This document shows positions 22,401 through 33,048 of a stretch of 64,000 nt of DNA, piece after piece. The number at the start of each line of letters is the position of its first letter. Position 1 is the stretch's first letter. Origin of the DNA: Lingula anatina (lineage: Eukaryota > Animalia > Brachiopoda). The DNA lies in NCBI GenBank assembly GCA_051362555.1, contig CM120640.1, positions 45,424,788 to 45,488,787 of the forward strand, written 5' to 3'. A program made the position numbers and the translations under genes. Below the pieces are notes generated by a model. The model was not told the origin of the DNA. It made no database searches and saw only the letters and a list, made by a program, of their open reading frames with translations.

Positions 22401-25080
22401 AGCCATATCATTATAGTTCTTCCCAGGTAGGGGGATCTCTTTTGCTTCCTTCTCCACAAAATCATGTGAAAACATAGCATCCATCATTGGAGACCACATA
22501 GACAGTATAGCTTTACTGGCATAGATTTTCTTCTCTTCTACTATGAAGATGATGTTGCCATGCTTCCAGGGTTTGGTGAAGTCTGGCATTTCTAGTTCAT
22601 CCATTTTGTTGATGCTGCACAGTGTTTTGCAATAGAGACAGGTTTTGTCAACGTTCCTGAGATGGTACTCAGAATCCTGCTCTGATGGCCTTCTGCAGAA
22701 AGAGGTCTGCCACTGCCTGGACTGCTTGTACTAAGGCTTCGTTCACATGCAATGTCTATTTTCTATTTTCTATTTTCTATTTTCGGTATGTCTTATGATC
22801 ACGCTCTGTGCCCTGAATATCCCGCGGCGTAATTGCTGGCTTCTTATAAGTAACTGGCTCGCGCTGCCAGTAATTACGCCGCGGGATGTTCAGGGCACAG
22901 AGCGTGATCATAAGACATACCGAAAATAGAAAATAGAAAATAGAAAATAGACATTGCATGTGAACGAAGCCTAAGTGTAGCACACATATGCAGCACTGGA
23001 TCACAAGTCAGGCAGACCTAGTGCTATATATTGATTATGTCAGCCTTATTTTTGATAATAAAAGAAAGAATGGCATTGCCCATTATTTAAGGACACAGGT
23101 AGTATTTTCCATTAATTCCAAATTTTTTAATCGGGAGCTATATATGAATAAATATATATTGTATGGTTTATATACTGAAACTGACTGTGTTATGTGTCTG
23201 TATTATTTCAACATAATCAGATAAATATTGATGTATAAATTATAATAATTTTGTGAGGTCTTTTGTAAAATGAGTAAACCACCCCTAGGGTAACTTTGCT
23301 GAGAAAGGGACCTTTACTTGCCAGCCCATATATGGCAAATTTAGTCAGGGCCAGGCGGCAAGAGTAAGGTTTTTGGTCGATTCCATCAGCTGATGAGATT
23401 AGTTGTCCATGGTTGGTCCCGGTGAGAGAGCAATGGGGTCTGCACAATGTATCCTTAATTTGACCTATATATCCATTGTTTACATACAGTGACCTAGTTT
23501 TCTATCGATGTGTTGTACACAAACACACATGGTTATGCCACCATATATGGGCATAGCATACCTTTATATGGAGAAGTTTGGAACAGCTGATGTCAGTGAC
23601 ATAGTATTTCAAAATAGCAGCAAGGATTATTTGTGTTACTGAAACATAATTTACCATCTGCTTTTAGTAAAAAAAACTAGAAAAATTATGAATGTCATTT
23701 GTGACTACATGTTTATTGTATTTTCTCTTAATTTTTTAGTAGTTTGATACTTATTATCCAGTTGCCTAATACTGATGATTACTTGATGGGACTCTTTCCT
23801 TTATAACCCAGCTAAACTAGTTTAAATTCATTGAATAGATATTGTTTTTTAAACATCTGCATAGTTAGTAAATGATCTTTCTCATTATTCAATTAATTAA
23901 ATGCTAAAGCAACTGAGAGAAGTAATTGAAACATCAATTTGCTGAAAAGATTTATTGCATAATGCAGTGATAGTAAAAGTTTGCTTTTTAGCCCTTTCCT
24001 TTTAAACTACGTATACGCCTCACCCTTGTCAACACTGACATGCATTATAACTACTGGTATAATTATGCTTTAGTGTCATTGACTGTCAGTGGAGGCTTAA
24101 CTTAGTTTTGCAGTTTAATTGCAAACATTGAAAAAACCACAGATTTTTTTCTAAGAAATATGTTCTTGATGTTATGTTGTGGCGAGACCGAGTATGTAAT
24201 AGCCCCTTGTTCTTGTACCATATTCCTAACAAACAAAAAGTATGAGTATCATGTATTTTTTTTTCAGGTTGTTCGGGTGGAATCTGTGCCTTAGCTAATG
24301 TAGTGGGGCAGGAGGTGTGTGACGTACAGACCTTATTTGAACAAGGCCAGCAGAAAGAAGCCCTAACCCTACAGCACAGGCTGATAGTTCCCAACACAGA
24401 CGTATGTTTTGCCATTTACTTTCTTTTTTCACGGTGTACTTTTTATTGTGAATTTTTATTCATAATGAATTTTTAAAAGTGTGACATCAAATGCATATAG
24501 TGTGTTTCTGTTCTTTTTATTGAATGTGATTCCTTATGTATAAGTACTTAATTCATGCATGATCAAAAAACCAATGTATTCAGATACTGCAAAGAGAGAC
24601 TTTTATCATAATGATTTATGTTTTGTCTTGTTGAGATTATAATAACGTTTTAGATAAAAGTAAAAACCACCTACCTGACACAATTGAAAGTTTTTCCATT
24701 ACAGTTTGTATTTCAAAAAAATCAGGAAAAGATCCCAAAAGAATATAATGAATATAGAATAATATCATAACAAAAGCAAAACATGAAATTCTATTGTATC
24801 TTGTTTGTAATTGATCTGGTTGGTTTTGTAATGCTAACTTTCTTGTGTATTTATGGATTTTTTGTTGTCCAAAGGAAAAAAAAAAGATTCAGGTAAAAGA
24901 AATCATAATATTTTTGTCAATTCCTCACAGGTAACAAGGAAGTATGGTGTCCCTGGCATGAAGGCTGCTATGGAGTGGTATGGCTACTATGGAGGACCCA
25001 CACGCTCTCCTCTACAGCCTCTCAGTGAAGAGGATGTCAACAAAATCAAAAAGGACTTCCAGGACAATGGTTTGTTGTAA
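16476..25080 (+). CDS. HOGA1: 4-hydroxy-2-oxoglutarate aldolase, mitochondrial (DHDPS-like, ~338 aa)
   Basis: Exons 16476-16719, 17242-17370, 18021-18148, 18691-18825, 19188-19284, 24268-24401, 24931-25080 (TAA). Motifs [38 protein letters not shown], Schiff-base lysine [28 protein letters not shown]; basic presequence-like N-terminus. Confidence 0.95.
17470..17558 (-). mobile_element. Possible decayed tRNA-derived SINE head
   Basis: Minus strand reads ggtggctcagtggccaag, an A-box-like tRNA 5' end; no clean B box is visible. Confidence 0.25.
19276..19507. repeat. 33-bp minisatellite (~6-7 copies) at the start of HOGA1 intron 5
   Basis: Unit (t/g)agataggtggcagtagtggtagttgatggctg repeated; it accounts for the repetitive ORFs at 19172-19543 and 19183-19581. 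Confidence 0.95.
20906..22604 (-). CDS. BTB/POZ + BACK-like protein with C-terminal Cys/His motif (~235 aa from ATG 22604), nested antisense in HOGA1 intron 5
   Basis: Exons 22604-22358 (g|gtaagc donor) and 21366-20906 (ttcag acceptor, phase 1). BTB motif [55 protein letters not shown], then [13 protein letters not shown] and [13 protein letters not shown]. Confidence 0.88.
22735..22971. mobile_element. PIF/Harbinger-type (Tourist-like) MITE, near-perfect 237-bp palindrome
   Basis: Ends ggcttcgttcacatgcaatgtctatttt... and ...aaaatagacattgcatgtgaacgaagcc; arms of about 105 bp are almost identical; TAA TSD at 22732-22734 and 22972-22974. Confidence 0.9.
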
Positions 25081-26493
25081 AAGCATGACATGTTAGACTA
25101 GCAAAATATTATGGACAGATAACAAGCTAGCATTTGATAAAAAAAAGGAGAACATATTAAAAGGTGCAAGGTGAACTAGATTGTGATCTAGCTTGAAGAC
25201 CAAGGCTTATGTAAACTTTAATACTGTATCTTTGAAATAATTATTTTTTCTAAGTTCCAAGTAAATATTATATTGTTAATGCAAAATTATGTTTAATTTA
25301 TCCATTTGGATGAAATCATATTAAATGGAATGAGATTATGTCTACCAAAGTAATAAGTACTTTTGTTAACATATTTTCTGTGTCAAATTTTTCTTACAAG
25401 ATACATGTACATTTTTAACTTAACTGAAATACATTGCCAATATTTTACAAATACTTTTACCAAGGTAAATAGATTGTTATAGTTTCAAATGGATTTGTTT
25501 TCAGGTACAAGGTGAATATGAATTTGAATATTTAAATTTGAATTTACTGAAGTTGAAAATTTTCTATTTGTTTTATTATAAAGCATAAATTTTTTTTTGT
25601 ATTTTATGTATTTGTGTACATCAAAGTGCTGCTCTTCCAATTCTATGCAAAATGTACTATCTTCACAGACTACTAGACTCGATGTTTTTGTCATATTACA
25701 AACTTGAGGAATGCGCTGTGGCATCAATGGGTTGCAATTTTCTAATATTTCTAAGTCAAAATATGATTTTGCTCAATAGTATACCATGCTATATTTTAAT
25801 GGGACTGTTTTGACAACAAGAAAAGTGGACAAGGACAAGTAATGAATCAAAATAAGTAATACTTGATGCTTAAAAATGATTGATATAAAAGGGAAAGTTC
25901 TCGAGCTAATCTTGGGCATATCTAATGGTCAATACACTGCATTTACTCTTTAATTAATGGGAAACGAATGACATATTGTTGCACAATTGCTAAACTTATA
26001 TATTTTTTGACAATTTTAATAATGTTATGTTCTTTTGATGGTATTCATACATTTTACATATACATTATGAAGAAGTTTTTAAGAATTGTTGAACCATACT
26101 GTGGTTGAGAGGACTAGCTCAACTACAGCATTGAATTAGATCATGTATCTGCACAACTAACTAGATTACATTAAGTGAATAAATTGTAGCAGAATATAAC
26201 TGATTTTGTTAATAATTTTTGATAATATGGGTGTAGATGTTTCAAGGGGTTCCACCCTTACCCAATTTTCCTTCTATCTTTCAACCTGTATTCTTGGAAT
26301 TGACAAGTTTGTAGGCAGTAACCTTAGTTTTAGGGATTGCTTTTTCAATGATATCATTTGTTCTCGCTTTTTGTCTTCATTGGCCATCTAAATTTTCCTA
26401 CAAAGTAGAATAAAGCAGATATGGATCACAAATCTATTCCTTATGAAAGTCAATACAAAAACAAGCCTTTTAGCCCTATTTTCACACAATCTT

Positions 26494-26497
<4 letters not shown>

Positions 26498-26540
<43 letters not shown>
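26498..26540. repeat. (TA)n microsatellite
   Basis: Uninterrupted TA run. Confidence 0.95.
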
Positions 26541-26543
<3 letters not shown>

Positions 26544-27577
26544 GAGAAAAACCTTTGATGAAAACTACAAAGACTGTATATTGGTATCAAACAACCACAG
26601 ACAAGCTGCAATTATGATATGCATCACATCGTAGGTTCAAAATCAATTTGTATTTAACTGGAATGCCATTTGCACCAGCTATGGGGGGCTTTGCTAGAAT
26701 TCCACTGGCCTCTTACCATTACTTGAACAGGAATCCTTGTAGGGTTAACCCATTAGTTACACATGCAGGGATGTCTTGTGTTGCATTTCTTTACTAAGGC
26801 CCTCTGCACTGTTAGATAAATCAAAAATATAAATGAAATTATTAAATTGAAAAAAGAAAAATATAAAGTCAGTGATGAGCATACGCATTCTTCAAGCACA
26901 TTTGATAGCACTGAGATGAGAAATGATAGAACGCATTATTAAACCTGCACCTTTGTGATTTGAGGCTTCTGATTCTTAAGTTTCATTCTGATTCTTGTGG
27001 ACACATGACAAGAATGTGAGACATGCTTATGATAGCCTTTTTCAATTTTAATAAACAAAAACAACAACATATAATTTCAGTGTAAAAAGAATATTGAAAA
27101 AAAGTGAGTATATCTGCTGTGTGTTTCCTCCTTCGACAGTAAACAACTAAGGTTTAAAACATATATTGATTTGTATAGTTGGCCAGTAACAATAGGCCTT
27201 CAATTTGGTCATCACAATCAGACTAATTTTTTGTCAAACATAACACCTGATGGAACACTCCAATGTTAACTTGAAAATGTACATTTTAACTGGAAAACTC
27301 CCATGTTACTTACCAATGGAAATTAAATAGAATTTCTTATTCTAATAATACAAGAGATTGGGAAAATACAAGAGATGGGTTTTAAAACAAAACATGCTGA
27401 AAACATGAACCTTTTCTGAAAGCAATTTTATGTATTTTTTGTGTCAAAATGTCAAGGACGCATTGGTTATATCCTAATGTGGGATTGATTTTAGAAGTGC
27501 CTTTTATATCAAGTACGTAGAATTGCCACATTGATATAATTGCCACATTGGCTATTGTGGATCCAACTACTTAGGTG

Positions 27578-27756
27578 GATCCAACTTCATGGGGACTGTT
27601 GATGAATGCAATCAGTTCAACAAATTAGAATGCCTCCTGGCATTGTATAGAATATAGAAAAGCTGGTGATTAATTATACTAGTACGTTGGAAACGAGGAG
27701 ACAGGTTAATCTGTTAAACTGATTGCATTCAGCAAGAGTCCCTGCAGAGTTGGGTC
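27578..27756. mobile_element. Degenerate MITE-like element (~50-bp imperfect TIRs)
   Basis: gatccaacttcatggggactgttgatgaatgcaatcagttcaacaaatta matches the reverse complement of ttaatctgttaaactgattgcattcagcaagagtccctgcagagttgggtc; a related end fragment lies at ~17054-17090. Confidence 0.6.
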
Positions 27757-29936
27757 AATCTCTGTAGACCAATAGTTTCAATGGGAATGAGCCTTAACTT
27801 TCAATTCACACAAATTAAAATGCATAGGTAATTACACTTAATACACAGTAGTTCAGAGACCATACTGTGCTCATTGTATGGGATTTTTTCCTTGTTTTTC
27901 TGAAGTGAATAATTTTTATTTAAATCTACTCATTGTTTATGCCCTAATCCATTCTACTGCAACACTCATTCTTTTCACTCTCTTGATCTACCCTACATGC
28001 ACATGCATTCATATACATACAAATGTTTTATGAGCAGATTTATTCTATTTAATTTTAATCCCTGTTAAGATGACCAATGTTCATGTAAACCCAAACAGTT
28101 GAGTTTAGAGGACAATTATTTTCTTATCTTCTAAACAGAATTGGTCATGCAGGGAATAAATTAAGCTGTATACAACCTCTCAATACAGATGGCTTGGTAA
28201 TCAAATTTCAGCAGAGGATCTAGTTGTTACTGAGAACAGGTTTTGTCCCTCTGGTGTACTATTATCCCATTCTTGTGTTAGATAACTGGATAACAAGAAT
28301 GTGGAGGATGCAGAGACCAGCTGATTCTATTACACCACTGTTAACACTGAGATGGAATGAAATTGATTGGTTGCCCAAAATTGTGTTTTGATTAGTACAA
28401 CCCAAAAAAGATAATTTAAATATTCCATAAGCAAGTTCAGTACATGTCAGAAATAATCTATTAAGTTATAGGCCTCAGATGATAATGTTTGATGAAACTT
28501 ACTGATTAGGAATAAATGAGGTGTATGAAATTTTTGGGTCATATTAATTCTATGTAAGTAGATTTGTGGTCCCAAGATGATACACTGACATAAGGGAAAA
28601 GTAGCCTGTGTTTCAGAGTCAAGTTGGGTCAGCTTCAATGATCTCCATCCATGAATTTCCATATGCATCTTCTTGTCACATTTGAACTTCACTTGATTTA
28701 AGTTTACTATGCTAATCACAAATGTTAGAAAGGTCTGTAAACTGCTGGACATGTTTTTTTACAGTACTGTTAACTCTGAAGAACCTAGGATCCAATGCAC
28801 ATGCATATTCTACACAATTCAATAAGGACTGCTGACACTGATCATGTGGTTATGTTATGGAGCAATCTGCTCGATTACAAAAGGAATTGCAGTCTGATGT
28901 CTTTTATTTCAAGCTTGGAACAATCTATTAGGGTAATGTGAAACGCCTTGTGTGTCTTGAAACTAGCACTCCCTATATTTAACTCTAAGGGCACATAAAG
29001 GGGGAAGGTTATGGGCGGTAGTGTAATAGTTGCCATTAATACTTCTTGAGCTCAAGGAAATTAACTTCTGAGAATGACCATTTGAGTTTTCAATATATCT
29101 TTTATGGGTGTGGGTTGAATTGTGTCAGGTCTTTATTGGGTGTTGGTTAAATAACATTAGAACTTCTCATAGGTGTTAGTTGTTTTGCATGTAAGGACAG
29201 TCAAGTTAAAATTGTAACACTGTTCAATTTACTCTTAATTAGAAATAAGAATATGAATTTGCATAAGGGATTTTAAGCTAATACAATTAGATCTTAGACA
29301 AATATTCATCATTCAGTCAAAGGTATTTACACAAAGCAACACTGTTTTGTAATGTTCAGTACTCACAAACATGCTGTGTATTGATTATTGTATTTATAAC
29401 TGAGTTCAGTCAGGAATTTATGGATGATCTAAAATCAATTTTCTTGGAATCATCAACCACACAACATAAAGGAATACAAAGTAATCTAAAACTAAGTCAT
29501 TGTTAACAAATGTTTAATATTACTATCAATAGAACAGTAATTGGATGTTTTCATGTAAACATGCTACTGCTCATTCTGGAATATTTTTCTCTTAATTATC
29601 TCTCATTTTAACCAGTAAGTACATGAAAAATTGACAAAAATAATAATCAAACGTCTCTCATTTTCTTGAACTATCATCTCAACTTTGTGTAATTTTTCAT
29701 CTGTAAGCATGTGGTCAGTGCTACTTTGCAGGTGTGCAGTGTCATGTAGACACTGAGAATGATGGAGTCTTCTGTCAGGTGTTGCAATAGTGTTAAGTTG
29801 CAGGTAGACAGACATATTGATTGGACAGAACAAAGCAAAACACAGTTCATTATTCTTGATTATGAATAGAAGATACCCCAACATATATCTTTTAAGATAT
29901 TTGCATTAACCAATGACAGATTGAGTGCTTTTTTTA

Positions 29937-30132
29937 GACCTGTAGTCAGCAATTTCTAAGGTTTTTTTTCTGAAGAAGCGGACCTTTTACCCTTTATGCT
30001 CCCCCAACATGAGTAATGGCTAAGAACCTAGATTAAATCAAATTTTTATACAAAGTGGACTTTTTTTTTGGCCAAAAGGGTGGTTCTTTGTAACCCTCTG
30101 TTGAACAGCCACTCTCCTTCCCTATGGGCTTG
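29937..30132. mobile_element. Older copy of the MITE family seen at 45602-45767
   Basis: Colinear similarity: cctgtagtcagcaa...gcggacctttta...cctagat...tggacttttt...aaaagggtggttcttt...tatgggcttg. Confidence 0.6.
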
Positions 30133-32204
30133 CTTTTACTGAATAAAACATTAAGTGTTAAGCATAACAGAATATTTTAAGATGGTTTTTCATAGAGAAA
30201 AAAGTGTCAAGTTGAACAGATCAACAAAAGTGTGTATTTTGTAAGATTACATCTGTTTCTGATAAGGAACTGGCAATATTTGTGACAGCTGAGACATGTG
30301 GTTAAGCTCTCATACCTTGGACAAACAATACGTGCCTTGAGTCACTTCTCACTAAATGCATTTACTTATTGTTTTTTTATTATTCAAAGACAAAATATGT
30401 TGACCAAATAGTACCTCATGATTTTTAGGTATGTTAAGCAGATTCATTTTTTAAATTACAAAATGTACAAGTTATTATAGTTTTTAGCATCTGTGTTAAT
30501 AAGAATGGTAATGTGCTTGATAAATTCAGTATGTAATATTTGTATCTGTTTCAGTGGAAAACAGCAAACATTCCATTAAGTGTGGTTTGTTTCTTGTATG
30601 TTCTACACTTAGTAGAAATTGGAATTAAAAAGAAAAAAGTGCAACCTGTAAATAATTTTCATTAACATTCTGTTATTTTATTGGTAGATGAGAATTGTAC
30701 TCAAAAATTTTTAGAGTACATGACCTCAGATTTCTGAGTAGGTCGTGGTAAATTAATAGTGTAAATTCATTTAAGATAAGAATTTAAATAACACTTATGT
30801 ACTTGTTTGTTAATAAGTGTATTTGTTTATACTTCACTCATGATATAATTTGTGCATGCATATGACAGTAAGGACAGCATTTATTGACAATCTATTTCCA
30901 TTAAGGCCTTTGATTTTTATTGATTTTTGAACAGAATTCACTGTCAGTGGCACGATGGATGTCGTTAGCAAAAATATGCCATCTTGTGGAGGGGCTTGTG
31001 TTGCTAATAAACCACAGCAGACTACAGTATATATCTATGGTAACTTTATATTATTTTATATTAATAATCACATCACTGTACTAAAAGGTAATATCTGTAA
31101 TGAGAAGCTAATCACAGGAATAATACATCTAGGCACAATGTGGATAAATTGATGAAATTCACTTTCTGTGTCAATTGACGTATCAGTAAGATAGAGACTC
31201 TTAGTTTCTAATCTGTGTTTGGTTTGTCAATAAAGCTACAGACACTGATAATTCACATGGAGGGTGATTGGCTGAAAACGGCTATTAAATTTTGAAACAA
31301 GCCCATTCCCTGTAATACTGACATTAAACAGATATTGAAAAGAAGAGTGAATTATAAGATTTTGGACCTTATATGTTGGATGGAGGAAATATTATAAAGG
31401 TGGAGTATTGATCCATCCTCCCACGCTGGACCAGAGGCATTGTGGAGATTACTGAAATGAATTTTATGGAGCCCTTCTATGGTAAATTTGATGTGGGAGA
31501 TAAACTTTTTTTACCAACGTATGTTAGGAAAATCAGAGTTGTTGGATTTTCAGAATCAATTGATGCTGTGAAAAGAGATTATAGTTGTAAATAACAGCTT
31601 TTTTAATAGCTGTAATGCATTAAAAAGATATGAAGTTGGTGTTCATAGCAGCTTTTACTTATTTGTGTAAAAGTTTGAAACTCAACATTTTAAGACCTGT
31701 ACAAATATGAGTTAGTTGCACACCCTTTACCTGACTGTCATTCCTGTAGTTCACACACAAATATAAAATTACTTTTAAAGGCCATTTACAGAACTAACAC
31801 ACTTATAATCTAAACCATACTACATAATTAGGTATCTCATCTCGAGTATTTGGTTACCATTGTCTGTTTTAAGGTGCAAGGCTGATTACTCTTTGTGTAA
31901 CCCATCACCATAATAACAGTAGAGTGGCATTCCATACCTAGTGGTGGGGATTGTTAGAAATCATAACTAAAGCTTTCTGCTTACTAATGAATAGTTAAGC
32001 TGTAACAATTGCACTGTAAATTGATGTGCCCCTTTACACTTACACTTGTCTCACTTAACAATGGTGAATGATTTATAACAAAATTGCAGACTTCTTGTAT
32101 ACATCTATTCTAAGAACTGAAGAACTTAATAGCATACCTCGTACACCTGTATTATAAAGCTTTTGGCCTGTTTCCTTTCAATATTTTTGTGGAGAAATGT
32201 CTAG

Positions 32205-32515
32205 GAAGTCGCCCCCCTATCCCAGCCCTTGTAGAGCCCAGTGTGTTAGTGACGTCAATTTAGTCTTTAGGGAAGCATTGATGTGCATGATAACCAATCG
32301 AGGCAGCGGTTGATAAATCTTAGGTGATCTATACTGAGAACCAGACTCACTGTATGTGACTGATAGAAAAGGTGTCATATGTGAAGTAACCAGATATAAG
32401 TACGCTCGAAATCATAAGAAAGAGTACAATTATTATTATTTAAATCACCACAGTTTTAAGGATACAGCAAAAATTCTGGGCTAAGGTGGATAAGCGTGTC
32501 TGCCAAAAGAGATAG
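32205..32515 (+). promoter_or_regulatory. Probable PHM promoter and non-coding first exon
   Basis: Perfect CRE TGACGTCA at 32250-32257, CCAAT at 32294-32298, GC-box-like cgccccc at ~32210, strong donor ag|gtaagt after 32515; a second short UTR exon at 32886-32912. Confidence 0.5.
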
Positions 32516-33048
32516 GTAAGTTCTTTTTCATGCATATGGCATGTTTTTAACATGTTTACTGAAAGTAAACATTTTGATGCTGACTTGAAGATGTTTTGGA
32601 TTCTATGTCATCAATATAATTCAATAGTTGACCAATGAATATAGATGCTGACCAGTGAAATTAACTGAGCTATGTTTCTCAGAGAATATATGTACTCAGT
32701 CAGTATTACATTTTTGTCACAACTGTGTTAATCTTTTTTTCACCAAGCACATAAAATGTACATATGATTGTCACCATGGTATATCCAACAAAATTGTGAC
32801 ATTAATCCTAAGAATTGAGAGGGTGCTTTAAGTGGATGTATATGTTCTTATCATTGAAGCATACTATATTTCTCTCTACTTGCAGTTGAACACTGACAGT
32901 AGGTGGAAAATGGTATCAGCTTTTTTTTTAATTCTATGCTTATATTCTTAATAACATATGTTAGGGGGAGATGATGTAGTAAAACATTTCCAAAGAAAAT
33001 TCATGTTTTATATTCTCATTTCTCTTACAGTGCTTGATATAATAGAGG

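Noticed and set aside
22747-23004. Mirror-image ORFs on both strands
   Set aside because: Artefact of the palindromic MITE.
23276-23450. GC-richer SINE-like segment upstream of the BTB gene
   Set aside because: No A/B boxes, TSD or second copy visible in the window, so it cannot be classified.
23449-23457. U12-type donor-like GTATCCTT
   Set aside because: Not at any exon boundary of the gene models; all modelled introns are ordinary GT-AG.
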